This document shows, one piece after another, positions 12,129 through 24,492 of a stretch of 64,000 bases of DNA. Position 1 is the stretch's first letter. Every line of letters starts with the position of its first letter. A model generated the notes under the pieces. The model saw only the letters and a list, made by a program, of their open reading frames with translations. It had not been told where the DNA came from and did no database searches. A program made the translations under genes and the position numbers. The stretch comes from Antedon mediterranea (Eukaryota > Animalia > Echinodermata), in assembly GCF_964355755.1 (NCBI RefSeq), contig NC_092672.1, positions 24,689,237-24,753,236 of the forward strand, read 5' to 3'.

Positions 12129-13439
12129 TGTAACAGCCTCTACTGTTGGGCGTAGGTTTTCACTTGAACGATCAAATAAACAATCACAGACAACTTGTAA
12201 CGCATCAAACACTTTATTCAACTCTCAATGGCGATGGCCATGGCAACTTGCCGATGTGATGAAGATCACGATAATGACGCTGATGATGATCAGCTATTGA
12301 ATAAAGACTGACTTTACTGATGATGATAATAAGATAAGATAAGATAAGATAACTTTTATTGATCCTCAAAAAGGAAATTCATTGCTCGTCATAATAACAA
12401 AGAAAACACTATAAAAACAAATATAGCATAAAAACATTCATATTAAAACATCTAAAAAATTACAATATAAAATTATCTTCTTGACTTCCTGTTGTACTGG
12501 ATGATACCGGAGGGAATAAAGGATTTAGCAAATCGATTTGTTTTCACACTGAGGAGCCTCAATCTACCACTTGGATTAAGTTGGTCTATGATCACTTTGT
12601 GGAGAGGATGAGAGGCATCCGACTCAATGCGTTCGAAATCTTTCTGGAGGTGTTCTAGGTGCACATCGGTAAAGGAAGGCAGTTCCAGACCAATCATTTT
12701 ACCAGCCCGACGGATGAAAGTTTCAAGGCGTCCTTTATTCCCTCCGGTAACATTACCAGCCCAACAGGAGAGGCAATACGTCCAAACACTACATATAACG
12801 GATCTATAGAACGAAAGTAACATCAAATCACAGGAGTTAAATTTATATAAAGTTCTCATACAATACATTCTGGGACTTAATTTTTTGCTGATGAAGTCTA
12901 TATGGTCTCCATCATAATGATGATGATGATGATGGTTTCAACTAGAAACAAAAGATAATAACATGTTTGTATTATAACAAGCATTTACGTTTAAATAACT
13001 CTTACGGAGCTCCAAACATAACAATAACAAACACTTCCGTGTAAATAGCTCTTGTATAGAGCCATGCTCAATCAAGCGGAACGAGCACCGTCCGCATCAC
13101 ACTGGATTTCATCCCATGACAACCGCGGGAGAATTGCGAACGTTACAACATTATACAACAAGCATGAACATGCTTTCAATCTTGGCCACAGATAGGCCTA
13201 CACTCCACGCACCATTTAGACGGCGTTCGGAGTGAAATTTAACTATAATATAATTTCAATCAACTACTGCATTAATCATAATTTCTTATTATTATCACAA
13301 TATTATTCATTAGATGATTAAAACTTACGTTTGTGTCTCTTCTAGATAGACCTACGCATAGAACACATTATCTTTGTGAGCGGACATATTAGACAACATT
13401 TAAATATAGAGGGCGCTAAACTAAAAATGAGCCGTAACA
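12129..13439 (-). repeat. 3' LTR interrupted by a LINE fragment
   Basis: Matches 19011-19730 apart from about 590 bp extra at about 12331-12913. Confidence 0.95.
12331..12913 (-). mobile_element. 5'-truncated Rex1/Babar-like LINE 3' end inside the LTR
   Basis: ORF 12473-12868 (FYRSVICSVWTYCLSCW...SHPLH...RFAKSFIP); AATAAA then (atctt)n tail; short ataat duplication in the LTR GAT microsatellite. Confidence 0.8.
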
Positions 13440-13635
13440 TCCCGGCCCGTTAAAGGCAATTAAATCGAGCCTTTACTATATATATACATATGTTACGGGT
13501 AACGACAAACAATAAAGGTAATAAGTCTCTTATAAAGTTCACATAAGCCAAATCCAAATATATCACTGGCAAACATCGCACAATGTGCATGTCTAATCAT
13601 TTCCGTTGACTTCTAGAAGTATGATCTTAGTGATT

Positions 13636-14588
13636 TTATATACCAATGACTGTAAGTCAACTTCTAGTAGCATACATTATTTAAAATACGCGGATGACAC
13701 CGCCATTGTTGGCCTATTAAAAAACAGAGCTAGTGAAACTGAATATCATGATGAAATCGTTGCTTTTTTGAATTGGTGTAAGGCAAATTGCCTCTTACTA
13801 AACGAAAAGAAAACCAAAGAAGTAATAATTGATTTTCGAAAAAAATGTACTGCTCTGGCTCCCCTAAAAATTAATAATCAGGAAATTGAATCTGTTGAAA
13901 GCTACAAATACCTAGGTGTGACTGTTGATAACAAATTTAGCTGGGAGAAACACTGTAAAAATACTATAAAAAAAGGAAATACACGACTGTTCTTTCTCAG
14001 AAAACTGAGAAATTATGGGGTAGATAGAACTGTATTAAATTTATTTTACTCTTCGATTGTTGAGAGTGTGCTCACTTTCTGTTGTGTTGCCTGGTTCTGT
14101 GGATGTAGAACAGAAGAAAAAACCAGATTACAATGAATATTAAATAAAGTAGGTAGGATCACAGGATCTAGACATAATTTGGATGACCTTTGCAACAAAA
14201 TCATAAGAAATAAGGCTATGAAAATATGCGACGACTCAAACCACCCTTTAAATAAACATTATGTTAAAATGAGATAAAAAAGACTAAATGTGCTGAGATC
14301 GTGCAATAGTAGGGTTATGCGATATTTTAATTCTTTTGTTCCGTATTCTATTAGACTGTTAAATGATTTTGCATAATTTTTGAAATTTTTGATGTATTGC
14401 AGCTTTATATTTTTTATTTAGTTAATTGTAGTCTTATGTTCATACTTGTACATTGTTAAATAATATATAGTGTTTTTAAATATTGTAATTAATTTTTTTT
14501 ATATGAAACGTTTTTATATATTTTTGTACAATTTTGTGAAAAGCACTCAAAATATTTTCCTATGTGGACGAAATAAAGTTATCAAATT
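13636..14588 (+). mobile_element. 5'-truncated Rex1/Babar-like LINE inserted in the last codons of the integrase
   Basis: LYTNDC...KYADDT...KTKEVIIDFRK...YKYLG; premature TGA at 14134; AATAAA at about 14572; removing it restores the integrase end RPITKIILLEVNGND*. Confidence 0.85.
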
Positions 14589-15920
14589 ATTGGTCTTACT
14601 AGGGTTCCAACCGACGTTTTCAATCTCACAGAACGCACCATTCCATCTGAATCATTCTGGAGCACCTCTATCACTCGAGCAAGCGGCCACGAGCATCGTG
14701 GACCCGATGGGTCATGAACCAAAACAATGTCGCCAATCGCAACATTCTGCTGTTTTTTTACACCATTTCTGTCGCTCTTGAAGTGCAGGCAAATATTCCC
14801 GGAGCCAGCGACGCCAGAAAACATCTGCGAGATACTGAGTTTGGCGCCAGCGCCTTCTCACGTAGCAATCGTCTGCAACAAATCGTCCAGGTGGAAGGCT
14901 GGGTCCTGCTCGCAATAGTAAAAGATGATTCGGTGTTAATGCCTCATTGTGTTTTGGATCATCTGACACCTTTGTTATTGGTCTCCCATTCACTATCGTT
15001 TCGACTTCACAGAACAGCATCTGCAATGTTTCATCGTTGATTGTTTGTTCTTCCATCAGCGAGCTGAGCACCTTGCGTACTGTGCGAATGCATCTTTCCC
15101 AAACCCCACCTTGATGGGAAGCTGCCGGAGGATTGAATTTCCATTCAACGTGATTCTGCGAGAGGTATTGGTGTATCTGTCCTTGATTCCAATCATTAAT
15201 GGCCGATCGAAGCTCCTTTTGCCCCATAATAAAATTTCCTCCATTGTCAGACCGGATATGCTTTGGTACGCCTCTCCTAGCAACGAAACGTCGATAAGCA
15301 TTTAAGAATGAGTTTGTGTCCAATGATGACGCGACCTCCAGATGCACTGCTCTGATTGATAAGCAGGTAAAAATCACTCCATATCTTTTCAGCACTGATC
15401 TAGCATGTTTAACCTTAAATGGTCCAAAGCAATCAATCCCCACAAAGGTAAAAGGCGGGTGCGCTGGTGTAACTCTCTCGGCTGGCAGATCAGCCATTTT
15501 TTGATGTGCTGTCGGAGCATTTCTTCTTCTGCATTGAACGCATTTCCTACTGATCCCTTTGATCATTGTTCGTCCTCCTACTGGCCAGTAGATTTGCCTC
15601 AGCTCAGATAGGACATGATTGACGCCCGAGTGCCCAGTACAGTTGTGGTAGTGTCTTAAGGTGAGTATAGTCAGATCACTGGACCTTGGTAGTATAATCT
15701 GATGTTTCAGATCTCCACTAACATCGGCCATACTCAGTCGACCTCCAACCTTCAATACACCATTTTCTAATTTCGGGTCCAACCTAATTAGTGGACTAGT
15801 TGACTTTATTGTCTTGCCTGTCTCTAAGCTTCTGAATTCCTCAGGATACGAACGCTTCTGGGCACGTCTGATGAGTACCAGTTCTGCTTCCTTCAGTTCA
15901 TCCACTGAGAGAGGTTCCAC
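14589..15920 (-). pseudogene. BEL/Pao integrase (HHCC + DDE), frameshifted near 14770
   Basis: H..H...CVQC, GIDCFGP, SDNG, GGVWER, LTPNHLL; C-terminus (GDIVLV...WPLARV) continues in another frame. Confidence 0.9.
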
Positions 15921-16024
15921 AACTTGATTGCTTGTCCTCTTCTGTACTGTCGTTTTCTTGTGTTTAACATTCTTAAGTTATTCGTGAATCGTAGCACCCA
16001 GCCAGTAACTCTTGACAGTGTCTT

Positions 16025-18984
16025 TCAACTTGAAAACTGTGAAGTTATTTCATCCAGAGTGGTGTTGATTTCGGCCACAACTAACGCTGTTACGCCCTTC
16101 ACTTCGGGGTCATTCATTCTGAGGGCGAGATCGTCTGGCATCTCTGGCCACTTGGAATCATTTTGTGTGAGGAAATTTGGACCGCAATACCACATTTCAC
16201 TCGTCATCATTTCCTCTGCCGTCATCCCACGGGAAGCTAGGTCGGCCGGATTTTCAGCTGAATTCACAAACCTCCATTGGTCCTTGTTTGTCCTACTTAG
16301 GATTGCCGAAACTCGATTTCCCACGTATGTTTTGAACCTGGTTTCATCGTTGCTCAGATATCTGAGCACACACGTGCTGTCGGTCCAACACACGGACTGG
16401 TCAATTTTAATTTCCTTAAGCTCTTCTCTTATCATAGTGTCCAAGCGTGCTGCTAACAGTGCAGCCTGCAACTTTTTGAGTCGGCGTTCGGCCAATACAC
16501 GATTGTTTGGTAATGTTGACGGGGAAGCCTTCCAAGGCATAGCAACATGGTAATGCCCATCCTTGTATGTCACAGATTCCTCCATACTTGTTAATGCCTG
16601 TATGTCACTCTGTGACATTGTCACCTGATCTGATTCGAGGTCACTGAACTCGATGCTGCAGAATTTTCTGAACTGCTCGTCTAGATTCCAAACGAAGCCG
16701 CATGTCTTGTTTTCTTGCCAAGAACTCAAAGGGCCATTTACCACCCAGCCAAACAGAGTTCGAGTGGCATATGGACCGCCATTTTGCATGGCTCGCACTT
16801 CATAAGGTTGGTGTACCTCCGGTACATCTTGACCAATTAATAACTCTATTTCTGCAGTGATAGACGGAATATATATTCCTTGCAGGTGAGGCCACCTATC
16901 AACTTCTGCCTGGCTTGCAATAGTGTTTGTTGACACTGGTATGGATTGTCTGGTATATACTCTTGGAATCTTTACTTGACTTGATCCATATAGATTTGCC
17001 ACTTCTAGAGATATTGTTGTCGATTTAGTGACAGATTGACCATCCATTGTCATAAGGTTAAGGTTAACGCCTTTGCCCTTGACACCTAACTTCTGCGCAA
17101 GTGCTTCTGTACAAAATGTAATATTCGAGCCATTGTCTAGAAAAGCATAAGTTGAAATTATTGATTTTCCTCCCTCTGCCTTAACCTGGACTGGTACAAC
17201 TGACAAGCCAATTCTTTGGTAGCTGCCTGCAACTGCCAATGACGTGGACGTGGCTGGTAACGAATGTGCTTGCGTCTCAGGAGGTGCTGCCTTTTGATTT
17301 ACAGCAGGCTGTGTTGTGGTATGCTCACCCTTTGGAGGAGAGACTGGATGTAAGAAGGACGAATGCTTTTCTGCGCACATCTTACAAAAACTTGGTTTCG
17401 GACAAGACGATGCAAAGTGTCCCTTATTAAAACAATTCCAACAAAGCTTCTTTTCTCGTACGAATTTCCTTCTGCCATCCACAGACTTAGCCTTAAAACC
17501 AGGGCAACGCGACAGCCAGTGTTGCTCTTGACAATAATGACACGACATCTTGGGTTTGGCTGTGTCGGATGACTGAACGTTAAATGTGGTATTCGAGCGT
17601 TTGTTCTTTTGTAGCTCTGTGGTCTCACGAGATACCGGGGTTTTGCCATAAACCGGATCATTAAGCTTTTTGGCTTCTTTCTGTGTAAAGTCTACAATGT
17701 CACTGAAGCGTATGGGCCTTTGTTGATTTCGGTGAACCTCCACCACATTTCTCCAACGATCATGCAAGTATTGCGGAAGCTTCTCCATGGTCATCCTTAT
17801 GTTTTCAGAGAACTCTAACACACCTAGACTCCCAACGCAGAGTGTAGCAGCCTTACATTCCATAAGGAACACTGAAAACTCATCTAGGGCCTTTGGATCA
17901 TTTGCCTTGATGGGTGCCCAAGATAGCAGCCTTTTTACATATGAGTTTGCGATCACCTCTGGATCCCCGTAACGTCTTTTCAACTCTTTCATTGCAGCTG
18001 GATAACCAACTTCCGCTTCCAAGTAGGAGTATCCAATAACAATTTGTTGAGCCTCTCCTGTAGTGAATTGTTCTAAATATGCCATTCTGTCATCGTTGGT
18101 GCAGCCACTTTCTATTCGTGTTTTTAATTGTCGCATGAATTTGTTAAAGTCCATACAATTTCCATTAAACTTCTTTATTTCTAATTTGGGCTTCCTCATT
18201 TCTACTATGGCGTCGTTAACTCTTTTCTCTGGTTTTTTAGCAGCGGGTTGCTTGACCTTGTTAACCTTGGGTGACACTGCAACTGAAGGTATCCTTGCAG
18301 TTTGCTTCACGGAGGACTGGTCATCGCCTGACGATGGCCTACTCAAGCTGCTTGCTTCTTCTTCCTCCAAATCTTGACTAAGAGAAATTTCTTCAGCTTC
18401 CAGTTCTTCTAGCATCTCTTGTCTGGCCTCTGACCTTGCCATTTCCTTATCTAGAGCATTTCTCTCTTTCTCTTGCTCTAGTTCGATTTCCAACAGTTTG
18501 ACTTTCTTCTCACTTTCCTGTTTTTCTTTCAGAATCCGACTCTGCTTCTTCAATTCTTCTAACCGCTTCAACTCTTCCTGTCTTCTAGCCACAGATCCCA
18601 AACTACTACGAGACTTGGATGTCTTTGCCTTCCTTGCCACAGGCTGTACTACTTCCTTACTCAAGAACCACTTTTCTGCTTCCGACTTTCTATTTTCTGC
18701 ATAAACAGTTTTTTCACAAAACCAATCATTGTCATGATCTTGCAGGGCATCTTCATTAAGTGTGTTGCAATATTGGTCATTAGCCAGGATGAATGCTTCA
18801 TAAGAAGTCATCCACTTTGTGTATCGTAATCTTGCTTCCGTCACTGGCGGATTCTCATTCATATAGTTTCTCAGCTCCTCCGAAGGTTCTTCCAGGCTAT
18901 ACCAAGAGCTTTATACTTCATTTCGGTTGCATATTCTTGTCCCTTGATAGTGGACTTGCGTTCTCGTTCATCTGATAACGCCAT
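16025..18984 (-). pseudogene. BEL/Pao gag-protease-(RT deleted)-partial RNase H
   Basis: Probable start MALSDERERKSTIKGQEY at 18984 is out of frame with ORF 16025-18862; knuckles CHYC..H....C, CWNC...H....C, CKMC...H...H; WTDS and ENPADLASRG; stop at 16025. Confidence 0.9.
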
Positions 18985-19010
18985 CGTACTTTAGAATATA
19001 AACTTGAAAC

Positions 19011-19730
19011 TGTAACAGCCTCTACTGTTGGGCGTAGGTTTTCACTTGAACGATCAAATAAACAATCACAGACAACTTGTAACGCATCAAACACTTTATT
19101 CAACTCTCAATGGCGATGGCCATGGCAACTTGCCGATGTGATGAAGATCACGATAATGACGCTGATGATGATCAGCTATTGAATAAAGACTGACTTTACT
19201 GATGATGATAATGATGATGATGATGATGGTTTCAACTAGAAACAAAAGATAATAACATGTTTGTATTATAACAAGCATTTACGTTTAAATAACTCTTACG
19301 GAGCTCCAAACATAACAATAACAAACACTTCCGTGTAAATAGCTCTTGTATAGAGCCATGCTCAATCAAGCGGAACGAGCACCGTCATCACACTGGATTT
19401 CATCCCATGACAACCGCGGGAGAATTGCGAACGTTACAACATTATACAACAAGCATGAACATGCTTTCAATCTTGGCCACAGATAGGCCTACACTCCACG
19501 CACCATTTAGACGGCGTTCGGAGTGAAATTTAACTATAATATAATTTCAATCAACTACTGCATTAATCATAATTTCTTATTATTATCACAATATTATTCA
19601 TTAGATGATTCAAACTTACGTTTGTGTCTCTTCTAGATAGACCTACGCATAGAACACATTATCTTTGTGAGCGGACATATTAGACAACATTTAATTATAG
19701 AGGGCGCTAAACTAAAAATGAGCCGTAACA
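19011..19730 (-). repeat. 5' LTR (720 bp)
   Basis: Direct repeat of 12129-13439 once the LINE insertion is removed. Confidence 0.95.
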
Positions 19731-19975
19731 GGGCCAATGAGATTGTGGCCTACACTATGCAGTCATTCACAGTACGCATTAACCTCAACAACAGTCACTG
19801 ATCGTTTTATATTTTAGTACATATAGATATAGATATCACATACCAGTTCATAAATCACATTTAGTCCAAAATATCATAACCAGCAACTACAATTGAAAAA
19901 CATTCATGTAAACAAGAAAAGCAACTTACAATATTAATAAACAACTTCACTTAACAGGTCTGCCTCATTATTTAA

Positions 19976-22428
19976 AGATGTATTGTCCCCCTGAAAAAAA
20001 ATTTTTTTTCAATATTTTTGTTGAATAGGCCATTTTAATTGCACATAAAAGTTATTCACTTTGACCTCAATTTAATTGAAAAAAAAAAATTTTTACACGG
20101 GAAAATCGCAATTTAATGTAAAAATTAACCAACCGGAAGCTATTTGTCTGGAAGACAAATGTGTTCCGGTTTAATTTAAACCTTGACCTGAGTTAGCTCA
20201 TAAATATTCATATTGTATGGATACATCGTGTGGATGATGATGCTTTCCAAATCAACAGCCAACAACGATAGCAATGCATGCGTGCGAGAGAGTCGAGTAG
20301 TGATGCGAGACGAATCTTGAAGAAAACACGAATGCTAAGTTAGAATTACAGTTGGTAACTTTGATGTTGAATCTTATTCATTTAGGTGAGTTTTTGTTTC
20401 GCTAACAGGAGAGGCCTAGCTAGGCCTAGGCCCGATTTTGCTGCTACTGTACTACTTACTAGTCTACTACTACTACTACTACTAGCACTGACAGTCTCGA
20501 GTAGCCTAACTGCTGCCTACTTCTGTCTCTAGAAGTAGAGTGTAGTAGGCCTAGGCAGTACACTGCTAGCTAGGGCTACAGTAGACCACCACCAGAAGGG
20601 ATGTATTTTTGTTTTAATCATGATGAATTGGTTTAATTTTTAAAGATTTCAACTATCTATTCGGCAGTGAAAATTTAAAAAAAAAGAAAATCTAAATATT
20701 GTTTTGGATGTTTTACTGATGCAATATTTTAAAAATATTTTCTGTATCAAATGCAATATGTTCAAATCAACATTCCGCAAATAAACATTTTATGCAGATA
20801 TTTTGACACAAATTTCTTTTTTTTTTAGGTTGATTGATTGAACAATAAGAGCAAGTAGTGAGAAACATAAAATGTATCGTACAGTGGCAACATTCACAAT
20901 TTATTGAAACATTTCTTACTATTAAAATGACACTTTGTAATGGATGTGAGCGATCTTAGAAGACTATAGCTGTCGTAATTACTGCCACAATCAACACATT
21001 GATAATTAGTAGACAAATTGACACAAAAAACAATACAGGAATTCAATAAGATATACTGTATATATATATTTTATTAACTCCTTTTGCACTGTAATATTTA
21101 CAGTAAAATTATGAAGTGTAAGTAAATTTGAAGAATTTATCCTGTGTACTGTTGTAGTAGTTTTTTTTTATTTATTGAATGTTATGTTTACAAAATAATA
21201 TACTGTACATATAATACAAAAAAAATTATACAATATTTTACAAGCTGGACAAGAACATATTGGCCGAATGCAGCAGGAGAGTCAGAAATGTTTTTCCTGC
21301 AATATCCAATCATATTCCAAAACCGAGTCTATCATTGTTGTTGTCTTTGGGTGACCTCTGTTCCAGTCTTCATCAGCTCAACGTCTTTAAAAAAAGTAAA
21401 AGCAAAGTATGAAAATCTGGAAAAAATAGATCATGCATATTTAGTGCAAAATTGGGCTAGTGAAATTGCTTACTTTGACATAGTCAAATAAGTATACTAC
21501 CTTTCTATGGTAATTAAAACACATTTATAATGTTATAACTTATAAAAAGAGAAAATAAATATTTGACTTACTACAGTACAGAGAACATTTGTTTGTGTTG
21601 TAAAATGGCTAAGCTGGCTTTTCCCCTCTGTCTACTTGTACAGTGCCGCTGGAAGGTTCTCAATTTCAGGCTTGTATTGCAACCATTTTCCCTGAAAAAT
21701 GTTCGTTTTATTTTTATCATAAAAATTAGTTAAACAAGCTTCAACTGTAAATATATATGGTACAGCAAGCTGGCTGTATTTTCGGAATGTAGCTAAGTAA
21801 GGTTGATGGCATATAGCCTAGGCCAGTCTATGAAGAGTACAATGTATAGGGCCTAGCTGGGCATCTTCTGCAGGGACCCGATTGTCACAGTCTGCTTGCT
21901 ACTAGCCTAGTAATATGCAGCAGCATGTATTAATTATTCTAGGACTAGCCCTGAACTGAAAAAATCCCAGGCTAAGTTAATTAATTTACCTTCCTGTTAT
22001 TATTGCGTTATATATATTATTATATTTAAAATAACCGTCTAGGCCTACATACCGACAAATTAACAGCTCAGCTTTACATATTTATACGATCAGGCCATCC
22101 CAGGGAAACCCACAGTCGAGTCGCGTCGATCTCTGGTGGTGTTGTTGTACCATACAACGTGCATCGTCCATTGTTAGATCAGATCTCTGCTGTGTGGATG
22201 CTCATTAACATATCATGCATATGTATGAGTTAGCTCTACCGGCCTAATTTCTGAGCCGATGAGTTCGAAAAAATTGTAAACTTATTTTGATTTTTTTATA
22301 AGCGAAATCAATATTTTTTCGGATTTTTTTTCGGTGGAAGTGAATAACTTTATGTGAACTACAAAACGGTCTATTCAAAATTTGATATTTTCATCTTTAT
22401 TTTTCATTTTTTGGGGGACAATACATCT
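19976..22428. mobile_element. Kolobok-like non-autonomous DNA transposon (2.45 kb)
   Basis: TIR agatgtattgtccccc at both ends; TTAA at 19972-19975 and 22429-22432; AG..CT termini. Confidence 0.8.
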
Positions 22429-22762
22429 TTAAGCCCTTAATTTCAAAACTGAACTTGTCATGGCACACAACAAAGCGGCAAGTACGCCACCAATATTTTG
22501 GAACGTAAGTGATAACAGTTATCAGACATTCAAACACTCTCCGTTTATTTAAGTGTTGATATACTATTTGTTAGCAAAGTGTATTTAGAAGTGATAGTGA
22601 GTTTACAGTAGGCCTGTAAAGATAGCCTATGATTGTGTAAATGCTATTTTAGGAAACAAATGCAAACTTTATGTCTGTTCTGTTATACTAGTAGGCCTAC
22701 TTTAACTAAAATCATTGGTAATGTTTGTCTTGCTAAAAGATGTTGCTAGTAGTTGTACTCAA

Positions 22763-23069
22763 AGATGTATTGTCCCACAAAAACATGAAAAATGAAGATT
22801 AATTAAATCAGACTTTGAATAGGTTATTTTGTAGTTTTAATAAAGTTAATCAATTCCGTAGAAAAAAAATGTTTTCACTTATAAAATAACATAATAAATG
22901 GTTAAATTCAACCAAAAATCCATTGGCTGGCAGCCAATTTGACCATTTTTGCTTAAATACATTTCTTTAGATCCAATTTATCCAAAAGTGGATAACTATC
23001 ATGTGACATTAAATGGCATATTGAAAAAGTTAAAGTTAAAAATTATTTTTCAGGGGGGACAATACATCT
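22763..23069. mobile_element. Short MITE of the same Kolobok-like family
   Basis: agatgtattgtccc ... gggacaatacatct|ttaa. Confidence 0.75.
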
Positions 23070-23589
23070 TTAAACGAAATTTCCTAGGTTTAATCAATTT
23101 AGTAGGCCTAGTAACTATATGGTCGCAATAAAGTGTATTTTGATTGTATGAGCATTAAGCGATTGATTATTCAAACTTTCGCTTGTCATTTAATTTAATT
23201 TAATTGTCATTTAATATTTAATTTTAATTGGGTAAAACAACGAAAGGAATGTGCTCACCCCCACAACTAACGTATGCACAATTTTCTATAAATCGATAAC
23301 AGACCTATCAGAAGTAAAATAGGCATACAACTTATTTTTCCAAGCATGCAATTTGGGTAAAAATACACACAATTTTTCAATAAAAATAGGTAGTCTGTGT
23401 AAAAAATAATATAAAAATTTATTAGTTGTTAAGGTTTTTTTTTTAGATTGTTGTAATATTGTTTATGGGGCCCTCAAAACGACAACAAAACATAATAATG
23501 GCATAAAAATGGCAAGAGGCATTAATAAAAAGATTAAAATGTAGGGCTACAATAAAACAATGTTAAAAATTGGATTAATTAATATAAGT

Positions 23590-23842
23590 CATTGCAGTGA
23601 TTTCCCAGGTACGTACTTCTCAAGATCCAGGTCATAGAATGTAGAGTCGCCCACCCTTCTTCAGCAGCAGCACACGTCACGTGTGTGATGGCATGATGGC
23701 TCATCAAAAAAAGTTCTCAAAATGAAACATGTATTTATATGGGGTGAACATGTTGTTACGTTTGTTACCGGTAATATTTTATGGTAATTAATAATTTATA
23801 GAACAGTGAATGTTAGGAAAAAATGGCGAAATAAATGTAAGG
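23590..23842 (+). promoter_or_regulatory. Putative promoter and non-coding first exon of the Roco-DED gene
   Basis: YY1-like aaaatggcg (about 23820) followed by donor gtaagg; cacgtcacgtg CRE/E-box-like at about 23673; imperfect kB-like gtgatttccc 23597-23606; TAGGCCTA-rich tract right downstream. Motif-level evidence only. Confidence 0.35.
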
Positions 23843-24492
23843 GTACACTCAGCTACTAAACTATAATTAGGCCTAGGCTAAATACTACGTACTAGCTAGG
23901 CCTAGCCTAGGCCTAGCCTAGGCTAAATACTACGTACTAGGCCTAGCTAGGCCTAGCTAGGCCTAAGTGTCTGTAGGCCTACTTATGTAGGGTGATGTAG
24001 GCCTAAGGCTATACTACTAACTTTCTCTAGGCCTAGTGTCTGTCTATAGGCCTACTTATGTAAGTTGATGTAGGCCTAGGAGGCCTATATGGCTATACTA
24101 GACAAAAAGGGTGCTAGAGTAATAGATAGGAGGAGGAACAGGTAAGGCTGGACCAGGCCTAGTACAAGTTAGGCTTATATAGCTAGATACTGTTTAGGCA
24201 TAGCCTGCTAGGATCATCATAATAGCAGTTTTCATACTGGAATTACCGAAAATGGTTAAAGGTTTCAAGATGGTTTTAGGCCTGAGGTTAAACCATATAA
24301 TATTTATATTATAAATAAAGGAAGTAAATTCATTGTTTAGTGTTCATTAAATATCTTTGTATCAAAATTGATTAAATTCACAGCGTTAATGAATGGTGGC
24401 ACAGAATAGTTAGCTCTTGTTAAGAAAGCTAATTGTAATACTTTACTCTCTGTCCAAATTAGCTATTAAATCAAATCAACATCACAGGCAGA

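Larger units (their letters stand above)
12129..19730 (-). mobile_element. BEL/Pao LTR retrotransposon, two LTRs, RT-deleted
   Basis: TG..CA LTRs at 12129-13439 and 19011-19730; 5-bp TSD GGGCC at 12124-12128 and 19731-19735; PPT-like gggccggga next to the 3' LTR; gag with three CCHC-like knuckles, protease FLDNGS, integrase. Confidence 0.95.
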
